Virus record (IMG/VR): IMGVR_UViG_3300037470_000672
Coordinates: 111,907-175,906 of that record
Length of the DNA stretch: 64,000 bases
DNA from: a virus
Reading direction: 5' to 3' (one strand)
This document shows, one piece after another, positions 1-9,537 of the stretch. Made by a program: the position numbers and the translations under genes. Positions within the stretch are counted from its first letter, which is position 1, and every line of letters begins with the position of its first letter. The notes beneath the pieces were generated by a model, which had not been told where the DNA came from, ran no database searches, and saw only the letters and a program-made list of their open reading frames with translations.

Positions 1-459
1 TGCCGGCTTGCAGCGGATCGGCAAGCACTCGCGCAGGTGGTACGCGAATGCAGGCGCGTCGACGTTGATGTTGGTCAGGTTGGGCTGCGTGCCGTCGGTC
101 GGGAAATCCCGATTGAGCGCCGTGTCGCGGTGGAAGTGGTTGATGTCCACGTCAGCGCGCACCTCCCCCGAACCTTCAACGGCGACGCGCGCCCAATCCC
201 AGAAGCTCGTGTCCAGACGAGCTGTACCTCGCTGAAGCGAGCAGTCTGAAACGGTGGGCACCCCAGGCTGTTTGCGCGTGTAGACGAACGTACCTTCCCT
301 GTACTCCGCACCCTCGATGGTGACCTCGGGGAGCGTCGTGGTCGAAAAGCCCGCCTGCGGACGTCCTGCCGGCTGCAACCGCGGCGTGCCGTCGGGAGAG
401 GTGGCGACGACCTGCCAGCGGAAGGAATGGAGGAAATCCGTTGATTGTGCACGAGCCAA
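1..459 (-). CDS. Phage tail tube protein (T4 gp19/Afp-like), 3' end truncated by window edge
   Basis: Absent from the ORF track; my translation from TTG at 459 (AGGAG RBS at 466-470) gives MARAQSTDFLHSFRWQV..AGFSTTTLPEVTIEGAEYREG..RKQPG..LQRG..SFWDW, the tube-family pattern; lies downstream of the sheath gene. Confidence 0.85.
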   Translation of the reverse strand, partial: MARAQSTDFLHSFRWQVVATSPDGTPRLQPAGRPQAGFSTTTLPEVTIEGAEYREGTFVYTRKQPGVPTVSDCSLQRGTARLDTSFWDWARVAVEGSGEVRADVDINHFHRDTALNRDFPTDGTQPNLTNINVDAPAFAYHLRECLPIRCKPA

Positions 460-482
460 GGGCGTCTCCTATGTGCCTAGCA

Positions 483-500
483 CCCGTACTTACGTACGGG
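483..500. repeat. Palindrome family B variant CCCGTAC-TTAC-GTACGGG
   Basis: Read directly; intergenic, upstream of the tail tube RBS. Confidence 0.6.
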
Positions 501-536
501 CGAGAAGTCCTGTCACTCTACCAGACCCGTGTCAGA

Positions 537-1169
537 TCAGGACTCGGGTCGCAACAGCGCGTAGAGCGTGCCGGCGATGGCGTCGTCGGTCCGCCGTACG
601 ATGAGGCCAATGGTCGCGCCCGGCGCGTCGGTCACCCCGCCGTAGACCGTGTTGGGACCGACGCGGAGTGCTGCGGCGTTGGCGTCGACGTCGGCGAGCA
701 GGTTGCCGACACCAGCGGCCTGGTCGCGGATCTGAACCGCTTCACCGGCCACGTTGGCCGTAATCTCCGCCCAGATGTCCAAGACGCGGTAGCGCTTGGT
801 GAGCGACCCCGCCGGGATGACGGGAATGTCGTCCGGCGCCCCGCCGGCCCCCGCCACCAGCGGTACCCGGAGAAGGATGGCGCCAGCAAGCAGCGTCGCC
901 GCAGCAACTGGCACGATGTCATCCTGGTCCACGCTGTTGGGCGGGGACTGGAGTCCCGAGGCGATCTCGTCGGCGCTGTACGTCACCGAGAGCGACACCC
1001 GACCTGCTGCCATCTCCGCCTGAAGCGCGCTCAGGTCTGGGATGGCCCCTGCTGGGTAGTCTTCGACGACCCGCGGCGTCCCGAAGAAGAGATCGATGTA
1101 GAAATCCCCCAGGCGGATGGGCGACTCGTCGCCGCTGAGCCCGAGATGCGTGATGGTCAAGTCGGCCAT
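537..1169 (-). CDS. Hypothetical virion-associated protein between sheath and tube
   Basis: 210 aa ORF with GGAGA RBS; position in tail operon. Confidence 0.65.
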   Translation of the reverse strand: MADLTITHLGLSGDESPIRLGDFYIDLFFGTPRVVEDYPAGAIPDLSALQAEMAAGRVSLSVTYSADEIASGLQSPPNSVDQDDIVPVAAATLLAGAILLRVPLVAGAGGAPDDIPVIPAGSLTKRYRVLDIWAEITANVAGEAVQIRDQAAGVGNLLADVDANAAALRVGPNTVYGGVTDAPGATIGLIVRRTDDAIAGTLYALLRPES

Positions 1170-1182
1170 GTGTCTTCTCTCC

Positions 1183-1205
1183 GTCTCGGGTTTAGAGGCT
1201 CCGAG
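1183..1205 (-). repeat. Degenerate solitary copy of CRISPR-like repeat (family A)
   Basis: GTCTCGGG-TTTAGAGGC-TCCGAG retains stem and terminal GAGAC (minus); abuts RBS of ORF 537..1169. Confidence 0.45.
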
Positions 1206-1277
1206 GGCCTTGGTTCTTGTACTACCGACAGCCTTCGCGGCTCAAGGTGTACGAGGGTGAACAGATAGCAGAAACCG

Positions 1278-4205
1278 TCAACTCAGAGTCTTCTGACTAA
1301 ATTTGAAGCGGATAAATTCCGCCGGCCGGTTGGGCGCGAGCCCCACATCGATGACTACCTGGCTGGACTCCGCATTGTTGTTCGTCTCGTCGACGATGAC
1401 GAAGAAGCTCTCGGTCGGCGTGTTGCCAGCAAAGAGCCCATCGTTGTGTAGAGGCGTGAGGAAACCACCTAGCTGGGCTTTGATCTTGGCCCATAGAGCC
1501 GGTCCGTTGTTCTCGAACGCGATCCAGTGGGTCGCATTGAATACCGACTTTTCGACGAACATGAACGTGCGTCGCGCTTGGATAAAGCGCCATTCCGCTT
1601 CGCTGGTGGACGCGAAGGTACGGGCTCCCCATACCACCAAGCCGGTCTGTGGCGTGTTGATGAGGGGGTTGATGTTCGCCGGGTAGACCAGATCGCGCTC
1701 GCCCTGATCGGGGTTGAACTCCAGCCCGAGCAGGAAATTCAACTTGCCGTCGACCGTACCCGCGGGCGCCTTACCCACGTTACGGTTGTTGTCGGTCCTG
1801 GCGTAAATGCCGGCGACGTGCCCGAGAGCGGGAACGGTGATGGGTTGACCGGTTGGGGAGAGCGGATCGGCTACGCGCACGTGCGGCCAGTAGATCGCGC
1901 CCCACTTCGTGTTGCGCCCCAGGTCGTTGCGAAGCCAATCCACCGCCTCTTGCGCATCCGAACCAACAGGTGGTTGAAGGATAAGGAAGCGATCACCGCC
2001 CGAAGGCTGGAACGCGCGCCCCTCGGCGTAGTCGATGAGGTCGCCGGTGATGGTCACATCGCCCACGAAGTCGGGAACGATGACTTGCATCAGCTCTTCG
2101 ACACGGTTGAGCGCGAACACCCCCTCCCGACCGGCTTCCAAAGATGGGTTGGTGAACTGGTTGCGCCCGTAGGTGGAGGGGGTGAAGGTTCCGTCAGACC
2201 CTGCGTCCCAGGACTGTACAACAGCAGCAACCGTGTCGTAGGTGACCTTGGTCGTGTCTCCGAAGGTCTCCAGGTGCTGGGTCTCGGTCGGAGCCGTCCA
2301 CCATGTGGTCTGCACCAAGATACCGCCTACGATGGGCTCCAGGAGCGTTACATCGAGAGCACCGGTGGTGTAGTTGATGGTGTTGTTACCGGTCGGATCG
2401 ACGTCTCCGGTGAGATTCCCGTTGCCGTCATCGGTGACGGTCAGCGTTGTTCCTGCGCCGGTGGTCGTGCCTTCGTAGGTGAGCATGAAGGTCCGCGGCC
2501 GAACAGGGAGACCACCGGATGCGAGAGAGGTGACAATGGTGGAGCCACCTGCGGTCTCATCACCGCCCGCGACGACTTGGCCGCGTCCGACGGCCTGGAG
2601 CTGACCGGGGGCCTCGTTGCCGCCCGGATCGGTGACCGAGATGAGGTCGCTCAACTCGTTGATGACGTCGGCCCAGAAACTGGTCGAGGTCGGATCGTTG
2701 AAGACCAACTCCTCGAAGGTCTCCTGGACGTCGAACACGGTGGGCGAGGAGCTGTTCCGGAGGGCCACGTTGACGTCGAACCGGCTGAACTGGCCGGTGG
2801 CGACGGTGAGGAAGTCGGCGTTGCCGTTGATCTGGATCTGAAGGTCATCGCCCCACACACCCGCTGAGATCGGGTCGAGGTCCCAGGCATCGATCTGGTA
2901 GTCGACCAGGATACCCGCTTCGTCATGCGGTGCCGTCTCGAAGGTGATGTCGTACGACCCGTCGCCATAGTCGATGGTCGAGTCGACACCGCCCACCATG
3001 CCGGTGACGCTGAAACCACCGTCAGCTACTGTCTCCAGGATGGCTACGTTTCCAACCGCCCCTTCCACAGTGTTCGTCAGGGACACCAAACCAACACCGC
3101 CGTTGGCTGCTGTGATGTTGAGGATCCCTGCGGTGTTCGCAGCGTTCACAGCTAAGATGATGCGGTCTCGCACATCATCCGCAGTAACGTCCGCGGAGAC
3201 GTCCACCGTTCTGTTTCCAGGAATGACCCCGTCCGGAACGGTGTCGAACTCAAACACCACCGCCGGGTTGACGCCGTCATCGAGGGTGAAGGTCTCACCA
3301 TCGATCAAAGCAGCAAACGCAACCGTAGTGATGGAACCCGTAGCTGTGCTGAGCCCTGCGCCTAACAACTTCCCCGTGGCCCCGTCATCTACAGCGGTCA
3401 GGGTTTCTGACGTAGGGGTGTAGCCCAGGCGCAAGTCTCCAGCCGCTCCCACTCCGGGCGACTCTGAACCGGCGAACTTCACGCTGAGGAAGCCAGAGCG
3501 ATGGTCGAAGCGGATCACAGACCCCTCGACCGTCGTGACCGTCACGATCGAGCCGGTGCCAGCAGGGATGGCGATGGTTCGGTCACCGTTGCCGTCGGGG
3601 TCGAAGATGAGCGACGCCGTGCCTCTCACCACCGAATCCAGTGCCTCGTCGAAGGCGGGTAGGCTGCCGGGAGCAATGCGCGCTTCGTAGTCGTCGGTTC
3701 CGCTGACGAGTGCCACGTCGGCGCCGTCGGCGCGGTTGCGCAGGTCTTCGGTCGCGACCAACGTGCCGGCTGTGCGCCAGCGAAGATTGAACGTGCCAGG
3801 GATGACCGGTGAATCCCCGTCGTTCGCCTTGACGACGGTGGTGGCGGAGGTCTTGGCGAAGTTGAGGGTAGCGCCGTCACCTGTCTCGATCTGTTGCTTG
3901 TTCGTCTGGCTCTGAACCTTGGCTTCGCTCAAAACCGCGTCGGACGGAACGACGCGATTGATGAACGCCCGCCGTCCGCCGTTGGCGAAGAAGGCGGCCA
4001 TCGAGATCGGCAGCAGACCGTTGGAGCTGATGCCTCCGAAACGCGAGAAGAACTGCGGGAAAGAGGTGACCAGCGTCGCTTCGTTGGTCGGCCCCTTCTC
4101 GGTAAAGCCGACACCACCGACGTTGCTGGTGGAGACAGCCTGAATCGTTTGGACCTGGGATGGGACTTCCTCGATGAAAATCCCGGCGGACAACAGCTCT
4201 GCCAC
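1278..4205 (-). CDS. Contractile tail sheath protein (T4 gp18-like) with inserted domains
   Basis: N-term LSAGIFIEEVPS..IQAVSTS; C-term INPLINTPQTGLVVWGART, WRFIQARRTFMFVEKS, FFVIVDETNN, PNRPAEFIRFKFSQK. Confidence 0.95.
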   Translation of the reverse strand: MAELLSAGIFIEEVPSQVQTIQAVSTSNVGGVGFTEKGPTNEATLVTSFPQFFSRFGGISSNGLLPISMAAFFANGGRRAFINRVVPSDAVLSEAKVQSQTNKQQIETGDGATLNFAKTSATTVVKANDGDSPVIPGTFNLRWRTAGTLVATEDLRNRADGADVALVSGTDDYEARIAPGSLPAFDEALDSVVRGTASLIFDPDGNGDRTIAIPAGTGSIVTVTTVEGSVIRFDHRSGFLSVKFAGSESPGVGAAGDLRLGYTPTSETLTAVDDGATGKLLGAGLSTATGSITTVAFAALIDGETFTLDDGVNPAVVFEFDTVPDGVIPGNRTVDVSADVTADDVRDRIILAVNAANTAGILNITAANGGVGLVSLTNTVEGAVGNVAILETVADGGFSVTGMVGGVDSTIDYGDGSYDITFETAPHDEAGILVDYQIDAWDLDPISAGVWGDDLQIQINGNADFLTVATGQFSRFDVNVALRNSSSPTVFDVQETFEELVFNDPTSTSFWADVINELSDLISVTDPGGNEAPGQLQAVGRGQVVAGGDETAGGSTIVTSLASGGLPVRPRTFMLTYEGTTTGAGTTLTVTDDGNGNLTGDVDPTGNNTINYTTGALDVTLLEPIVGGILVQTTWWTAPTETQHLETFGDTTKVTYDTVAAVVQSWDAGSDGTFTPSTYGRNQFTNPSLEAGREGVFALNRVEELMQVIVPDFVGDVTITGDLIDYAEGRAFQPSGGDRFLILQPPVGSDAQEAVDWLRNDLGRNTKWGAIYWPHVRVADPLSPTGQPITVPALGHVAGIYARTDNNRNVGKAPAGTVDGKLNFLLGLEFNPDQGERDLVYPANINPLINTPQTGLVVWGARTFASTSEAEWRFIQARRTFMFVEKSVFNATHWIAFENNGPALWAKIKAQLGGFLTPLHNDGLFAGNTPTESFFVIVDETNNNAESSQVVIDVGLAPNRPAEFIRFKFSQKTLS

Positions 4206-4233
4206 GGTTCACTCCACAGATCGATGAAAGGGT

Positions 4234-4674
4234 TCAGGAGCGACTACGGCGCCGCGATGAGGAGGAACTGGATGAATCGGACTCGCCGACCACTTCGGCA
4301 GAGGGCGTCTCTTCCTTGGGAGGGTCGGCTGGCTTGGGCGCTGTCGACAGCGCGACTGCGGCTGTTGCGCTCACGCTCACCTCCGGCTTGGAAGCGACCG
4401 GCTTGGGCACCGGCTTCTTCGCTTCCTTGACCTCTGGAGCACCTTCTTTGCCCTTCGCCCCAGCATCCGGCTTGGTAGCGACCTCGGGCTTGGCAACCTC
4501 CGAGACCTGCTTGAGGATGAGAAGCCCCTTCTTTCGCTTGCGGATGATATCGGCTGAGCCTACCTGACGCGCGTCCAGGACGAGCGTACCTTTTCCCGGG
4601 ACAGACGTAGATGTCCCATCCCGTAAAGAGACTGGACAGGGCACGCGCTTGGGGTTGTAGAGCCGGAAGGCCAT
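4234..4674 (-). CDS. Hypothetical protein, low-complexity K/P/S-rich C-terminus
   Basis: ORF from ATG 4674 (MAFRLYNPK), tightly packed in operon. Confidence 0.55.
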   Translation of the reverse strand: MAFRLYNPKRVPCPVSLRDGTSTSVPGKGTLVLDARQVGSADIIRKRKKGLLILKQVSEVAKPEVATKPDAGAKGKEGAPEVKEAKKPVPKPVASKPEVSVSATAAVALSTAPKPADPPKEETPSAEVVGESDSSSSSSSRRRSRS

Positions 4675-4684
4675 TGAAACCGTC

Positions 4685-5452
4685 CTACGTCTGGGAAAGG
4701 TTGAAGACCGGTGCATCGGTGACGGCGGTCTTGGTCTCGTCATCCGTCAGATCTAGCTCACCCTCCACCCGGAGATTGAGGGTAAACCCGATCTTGCGCT
4801 TGGTGACGTCCTGCGTCTCATCCAGGTTGGAGCTGGACTCGAAGAAGCAGTCGTACGTGCGGATGTCCCCGATGGAGTCGAACAGGCCGATCTTGGCATA
4901 CGGTTGAAAGCGCCGGATGGCGTACATGAACATCACGTTGGCGTTGTTGCGGGTGGCGGCTTCTTGCCGATTTTCGATGTTCAGCACATACGCCAGATCG
5001 TAAGGCACCGCCTGTTGGCGGTCATCGAAGCTGCTCCACCCGGACAGGTCCCCAGAAACGACAGGAAGGGCACCTTTGGAGGGGGCGCGGTACTGCCTGG
5101 ACCCGGGGTGCCAGCGGTTCATCGCCGGATCGAGGGATTCCCTGGACACCCAAAAAACAGGCATCTGGTAGCGCTCGAACAAGTCTTCCGGGAAGCTCCA
5201 CGTGACGGGAACGCCCGGGAGCCCGGCGGGAGGTGAAACCCCTTCGACCTGGACGAAGTAGTTGGGAAAGATGCCGAGCTTTTTCAACGCCGGATCGCAC
5301 TCGACGTCGGGGTCTTTGGAGGTGGGGGAGTACCATACTTCTCCCCCCAGGGTCTCAACGATCCCGCGATCGAAGTCGCGCAAAGTGACCGTGCCGTTCT
5401 GACGGCGGCCCTCTGCTCGTTCGCGCAGTTCTTCGAGACCTACCAACGCCAT
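4685..5452 (-). CDS. Probable tail completion/terminator protein (gp15-like)
   Basis: ORF from ATG 5452 with GAGAGG RBS; position just upstream of sheath; function inferred from synteny. Confidence 0.5.
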   Translation of the reverse strand: MALVGLEELRERAEGRRQNGTVTLRDFDRGIVETLGGEVWYSPTSKDPDVECDPALKKLGIFPNYFVQVEGVSPPAGLPGVPVTWSFPEDLFERYQMPVFWVSRESLDPAMNRWHPGSRQYRAPSKGALPVVSGDLSGWSSFDDRQQAVPYDLAYVLNIENRQEAATRNNANVMFMYAIRRFQPYAKIGLFDSIGDIRTYDCFFESSSNLDETQDVTKRKIGFTLNLRVEGELDLTDDETKTAVTDAPVFNLSQT

Positions 5453-5483
5453 GTGCAGTCCTCTCCTCTGATGCGATCGGGTG

Positions 5484-5933
5484 TCAGTCCCCGGGGTACT
5501 CTTGCTCGGCACGCCGCAAGATCTCGTTGTGGAGCATCACGCTCTTCGCACGACCGAGGAACGCGGCCAGGTAGTTGGCATCGGCAGCATCCTCACCCGG
5601 CCAGGCGGGAAGCAACCCTTGCTCCTCGTAGTCCTCGATGGTGCCGAACACGAGCCCTTCGGCGTCTTCGATGCTGATGCCGTGCTTCTCCATCAGTCCA
5701 GCGATCAGAGATGCGACGTACTTCTCGAAGGTGTCCGAGACGTCTGGGACGTTCACAGCCCCAACCGTGTAAGCAGGCGTGTCCTGCCCGGACCCTGCCT
5801 CCTGGGGCTCTGGGGACGTGCCGGCGAGGCTGAGGCCCCCGGTCTCGGCTGGGGGCATCGGCATGTTGGCGGCCTCTTGAAGGCGCTGCCGGATCTGACC
5901 CAAAATCTGGGTCGCTTCGGTGTAGATGCTCAT
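5484..5933 (-). CDS. Hypothetical acidic protein
   Basis: ORF from ATG 5933 with GGGAGA RBS. Confidence 0.55.
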   Translation of the reverse strand: MSIYTEATQILGQIRQRLQEAANMPMPPAETGGLSLAGTSPEPQEAGSGQDTPAYTVGAVNVPDVSDTFEKYVASLIAGLMEKHGISIEDAEGLVFGTIEDYEEQGLLPAWPGEDAADANYLAAFLGRAKSVMLHNEILRRAEQEYPGD

Positions 5934-5961
5934 CGTCGTCTCTCCCTGATTTGAGCCCGGC

Positions 5962-6762
5962 TCAGAAACTACCCAGTCTCTCGGCGAAGGGTATGTACTT
6001 GGCCGCCTCTGCCGGTGTGATGTGTCGTTGGACCCTAGCGGGCCAACTTCTCCAACCCTGATACGAAGCGCGCGTGAACGCAAAGGTCAAAGTGGAATGC
6101 GCTTTGAGAATACCCTGCATCCCACCAGCAATCTGCCTGAGGGCCGGGCGCCAGTGGGGTTTCGCATTCTGTCCACCCATTCCAAACTCCAACCGCAACC
6201 CCTCAAACGCGATGTCCGGAACAGCCGTCTGTTGGCGATTTCGCTTATCGCTCAGCTTGAGACGTACTCCAGCTCGGGCTAACTCTCTTTGCCACTTCGA
6301 CTTGTCGCGGCGTCTGTCTTTCCTAACCTGTTCCACCTCTTTCGGGGTGACCTTTCGTACCACCAACCGCGCTTCGTTGCGCTTAGGAGTGAAAGGTAGC
6401 GCTTCTGCTGTCCAGGGTGAATACTTCTCTAGTACAGCAACACCGGGATGCGTTTTAGCCATCCGTCTTCGGGGCTCAATGTACAAAACGCTCACGGAGC
6501 CGTCAACTTCACGTACACCCGAACGCCGCGAGTTAAGGCGCACCGCGAATGCAGGAACGACTGCGTTTACTTGAGCGACTTCGAGCGCTTTCCTGTATTC
6601 CTCCCACTCGGGAGCAGAAGGAATGCGCTGGAGAAGCTCTTCGTGTAATCGCTTAGCGGCGTAGTACACGAGCTGGGCTTGAAACGCCTCCGTACGCTCG
6701 GGCCACTCTCTGACGACGGCAAAATAGCTCCGCGTCCGCTGAGTCGGACAGATGGACAGCAT
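5962..6762 (-). CDS. Hypothetical head-tail morphogenesis protein
   Basis: 266 aa ORF, translationally coupled; KPHWRPALRQI resembles HK97 gp10-like C-terminal motif (weak). Confidence 0.5.
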   Translation of the reverse strand: MLSICPTQRTRSYFAVVREWPERTEAFQAQLVYYAAKRLHEELLQRIPSAPEWEEYRKALEVAQVNAVVPAFAVRLNSRRSGVREVDGSVSVLYIEPRRRMAKTHPGVAVLEKYSPWTAEALPFTPKRNEARLVVRKVTPKEVEQVRKDRRRDKSKWQRELARAGVRLKLSDKRNRQQTAVPDIAFEGLRLEFGMGGQNAKPHWRPALRQIAGGMQGILKAHSTLTFAFTRASYQGWRSWPARVQRHITPAEAAKYIPFAERLGSF

Positions 6763-7241
6763 TAGAGCTTTCCGCCGCTGTTGAGGCGCGAGGTCACCTC
6801 CCTGACAATCTGGGTGAAGAGTAACAGAGCTTTGGGGAGGTGCTTGTCGAGGTTGCCCCAGGTTTCTCCATCAGAGACCTCGAAGCTGGGCTCTGCCTGA
6901 TCGGTATCCGGGCGGTATTCCGCCAGGTACCGCAGGTGCTGCCGGCAGATCCCTACGATACGGGTTTCAGATCCTTTGACCCGGATGGCGAATTCCTTCG
7001 GCTGCCCACAGACAAAACACCACCGATCGAGGCTCGGCATGATGCCCTCATACTCGGGGAAGGCGTGCCCGGCCATGGGGGAGCCACACGGCTTGCTCGC
7101 TAGGCAGAGGTGTCCGGGAAGTCCTGCATCCCTGGCTCGCCAGTAGTAGATACAGGACGAGCAAACCGCGGAGAGCCCGGCCTCTTGAGCCGCTTTCATC
7201 CTGTCAACGTCCAACCAGCTCGGCTTTGGGAGATGGGTCAC
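6762..7241 (-). CDS. Cys-rich hypothetical protein (CxxC pairs)
   Basis: CSSC, CFVC, C..C motifs; ATGA overlap with upstream gene. Confidence 0.55.
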   Translation of the reverse strand: MTHLPKPSWLDVDRMKAAQEAGLSAVCSSCIYYWRARDAGLPGHLCLASKPCGSPMAGHAFPEYEGIMPSLDRWCFVCGQPKEFAIRVKGSETRIVGICRQHLRYLAEYRPDTDQAEPSFEVSDGETWGNLDKHLPKALLLFTQIVREVTSRLNSGGKL

Positions 7242-7813
7242 GGCGCGATCCTACGCTCCGGCGTGAACTCGGTCCGCCTCTTGACCGTGAGCCGGAAATT
7301 GACAAAGGCAGCTTCGTTGTTGACGTGCCCATCGCTGTCGACGTTTTCGACGTCGAAGGCGAACTTTCGACCGGGTACCGGTGCATGATCGACACCTTCC
7401 TCATTGAAGAAGGGTATGTCCCAAACCTGAACCACATCCCCTACGAGAGGGACGCGCATGCCGGCGGCCTCCACAATGGAGCGGGGAATGGTGATGATGG
7501 CATCCCATTCGGCGCGCTGACCTTGTTCGATGGTTTCGCGGATAGGCTCAGGTTTGTCGAAGGAACCCTTGAGCTTGTAGGGACCTATCCAGACAATGTG
7601 GACCGGCTCATCATAGAGCGGATCGCGCTTGGACCGCTCCATGTCGCGCACGAAGTACAGTATCTCCGTCCCCGAGATGGTCGCGCTGTGCTCGGTGGCG
7701 TAGGTGTCAAACAAAAGACGCTCGACCTGAGCAGCCAAGGACAAGTCGAACGAGCCTTTGCAGGGCTCGCAAAAGCTGGTGGTAGGGAACGGCTCCAGTT
7801 TACCCTTGGTCAT
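7238..7813 (-). CDS. Neck/head-closure protein (T4 gp14-like)
   Basis: GTEILYFVRD..RDPLYDEP motif; follows gp13-like gene. Confidence 0.65.
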   Translation of the reverse strand: MTKGKLEPFPTTSFCEPCKGSFDLSLAAQVERLLFDTYATEHSATISGTEILYFVRDMERSKRDPLYDEPVHIVWIGPYKLKGSFDKPEPIRETIEQGQRAEWDAIITIPRSIVEAAGMRVPLVGDVVQVWDIPFFNEEGVDHAPVPGRKFAFDVENVDSDGHVNNEAAFVNFRLTVKRRTEFTPERRIAP

Positions 7814-7832
7814 GCGGCCTACCCATCACCCC

Positions 7833-8579
7833 TTAACCTGTCAGGAAACCAAGCGGGAAGCCGCTGTCAAAAATCTCCTCTTCCAACCGATCTCGCTCCT
7901 CTTGGGCTTGCTCGTACAGCCGGTCTGCGTTGAGCGTGAGCGTACCTTGCGCGGAGGGGTATGCATCGTACTTGCCGCGCACCAGGGACAACGTTCCCTT
8001 GGCTTCGGCCAGTGCTTTGCGTCTGATCAGATCGTGGTCTCGGAACTTCAGGTGCTCCAGGGTGACGCAGTTGGGTTTGTAGAAGATGACCGCCTTTAAC
8101 GGGTTGGAACCCAACGCATCAGAGCTGATCCTATAGACGAGAAAGTAGCTGCGCTCGCCTCGTACCACCTCCCATTCAGGCTCTACCGAGATGATGCGCT
8201 TGGCCATCTCAATGTACTGAAGAGACTGCACGAACGAACTGTAGAGCCCTCCTCCGCGTGGGTTGGCGAAGACGTCGTACGGGATCTTATCCACGAACGC
8301 GAACGGACTGAAAATTGTCGCGAAGTCCAATTCCCGCTCGGCGAACACCACCTCGAAGACAGTGTCAACGTCATCGGGTAGCTCGACGCGCGTTTCGTTC
8401 GGGATCAAGTCTTTCTCTAAGACCCTTTCGATACCCTTCTTGGCGATGAACCACTCGATGGCGTCATCGATGGCGTCGTCGAGCTGCTCCTGTGACAACT
8501 CGACACAGATCAGTGGCCCTCCGAGCTTGCGAAGAAGCCACTGTTCCAGCTCTGCTCGGGTCATCAGCCGCTGGGCCAC
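7833..8579 (-). CDS. Neck protein (T4 gp13-like)
   Basis: RAELEQWLLRKLGGPLICVELSQEQLDDAIDDAIEWF is the gp13-type N-terminus. Confidence 0.85.
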   Translation of the reverse strand: MAQRLMTRAELEQWLLRKLGGPLICVELSQEQLDDAIDDAIEWFIAKKGIERVLEKDLIPNETRVELPDDVDTVFEVVFAERELDFATIFSPFAFVDKIPYDVFANPRGGGLYSSFVQSLQYIEMAKRIISVEPEWEVVRGERSYFLVYRISSDALGSNPLKAVIFYKPNCVTLEHLKFRDHDLIRRKALAEAKGTLSLVRGKYDAYPSAQGTLTLNADRLYEQAQEERDRLEEEIFDSGFPLGFLTG

Positions 8580-8589
8580 AAGCTCTCCT

Positions 8590-8613
8590 GTCTCGGAATT
8601 TCAAAGATCCGAA
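8590..8613 (-). repeat. Solitary CRISPR-like repeat (family A)
   Basis: 22/24 identity to array repeat over the hairpin part; followed directly on minus strand by AGGAGAG and the GTG start at 8579. Confidence 0.8.
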
Positions 8614-8652
8614 CGCTCTTCTGTGCATCCTTTCATCGCTGGGACGACGGGA

Positions 8653-9192
8653 TCAACTCTCCTCGACGTCGAACATCACCTTCAGCAGGTACGCCCGCAG
8701 CTCACCGACGAGTCGGACTTCGGCAGGGATCTCGATCTTGGCGGCGTCCGCCACCGCCTTCAGGTCTTTGCCCGTCATCCCCATCAGGCTGTCCGCCGTG
8801 AGCGCAGATTCCTCAGCCTGCTGTTCTTCTTGCTGCTCTTCCTGCTTCTCGACTTGCTGCTCTTTCGCCCCCTGAGCCTCTGCGTCACCCGCTGCCTTCT
8901 CTTCCTCGCGCGTCTGCGTGACCGGGTCTTCTTGGGGCGGCACAGGGGTCGCGGAGGGGGTAGATGACGCAGCCAGGTCGGGCTCGGTCTTCTTCGCAGG
9001 AGGTGACAGCGCAGGGATCACACGCACGATGGACGGAGCGGGCGGTGTGAACGGCACGAGGAGCTTTCCACCGGCCGGAGTCGCGAACTTCGCCCACTGC
9101 TCGCCAATGAGCACGGCGCCGTCTCGGACGCGACCGTAGCCGGGGACAAACGCCTGCTGGACGTCAGGATTCTTGGTGTACTGATGTTCCAT
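8653..9192 (-). CDS. Hypothetical protein, Q/E-rich linker
   Basis: 179 aa ORF in head operon. Confidence 0.55.
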   Translation of the reverse strand: MEHQYTKNPDVQQAFVPGYGRVRDGAVLIGEQWAKFATPAGGKLLVPFTPPAPSIVRVIPALSPPAKKTEPDLAASSTPSATPVPPQEDPVTQTREEEKAAGDAEAQGAKEQQVEKQEEQQEEQQAEESALTADSLMGMTGKDLKAVADAAKIEIPAEVRLVGELRAYLLKVMFDVEES

Positions 9193-9457
9193 TTGACGAT
9201 GTCTCCTGTTTCTCGTGGGGAACAGCGGCCAGGTCTTCCAAGCCCTGGGCGAGGGCCTTCAGTTCTGCGAGTTGGCCCTCGATGAAGAGTACCTTCTGCT
9301 GGATGCGAAGCGCCACTTGTCGGACGAGTTGGCGGTCTTCATCGGGGAGAGGAGCGGGCGGCGTCTTGCTACGCATCTTCGCGGCCTCGCCCAGGGAGGG
9401 CGCGTTCAGGGCGCCGATGGCGTTCAGCTCGCGCTCGATCTCTTCGGGGGTGGGCAT
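9164..9457 (-). CDS. Hypothetical protein
   Basis: 97 aa ORF with AAGGAG RBS. Confidence 0.55.
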   Translation of the reverse strand: MPTPEEIERELNAIGALNAPSLGEAAKMRSKTPPAPLPDEDRQLVRQVALRIQQKVLFIEGQLAELKALAQGLEDLAAVPHEKQETSSNGTSVHQES

Positions 9458-9537
9458 GAGGAGGCTCCTTGGTCCGACATCCTGGGGCTGGGAAACAGAG
9501 TAGCGCGGGGAGAACGAAGAACCAACCGCCTACTACT

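Noticed and set aside
1527-2867. Long plus-strand ORFs antisense to sheath, capsid, protease, recA, SSB and others (e.g. 11004-12254, 12316-13302, 36752-37702)
   Set aside because: Shadow ORFs expected in high-GC DNA opposite real genes; no motifs or RBS.
8038-8061. Partial match to the family A repeat inside the neck gene (GTCTCGGAACTTCAGG)
   Set aside because: Second stem arm missing; explained by coding sequence HLKFRD.
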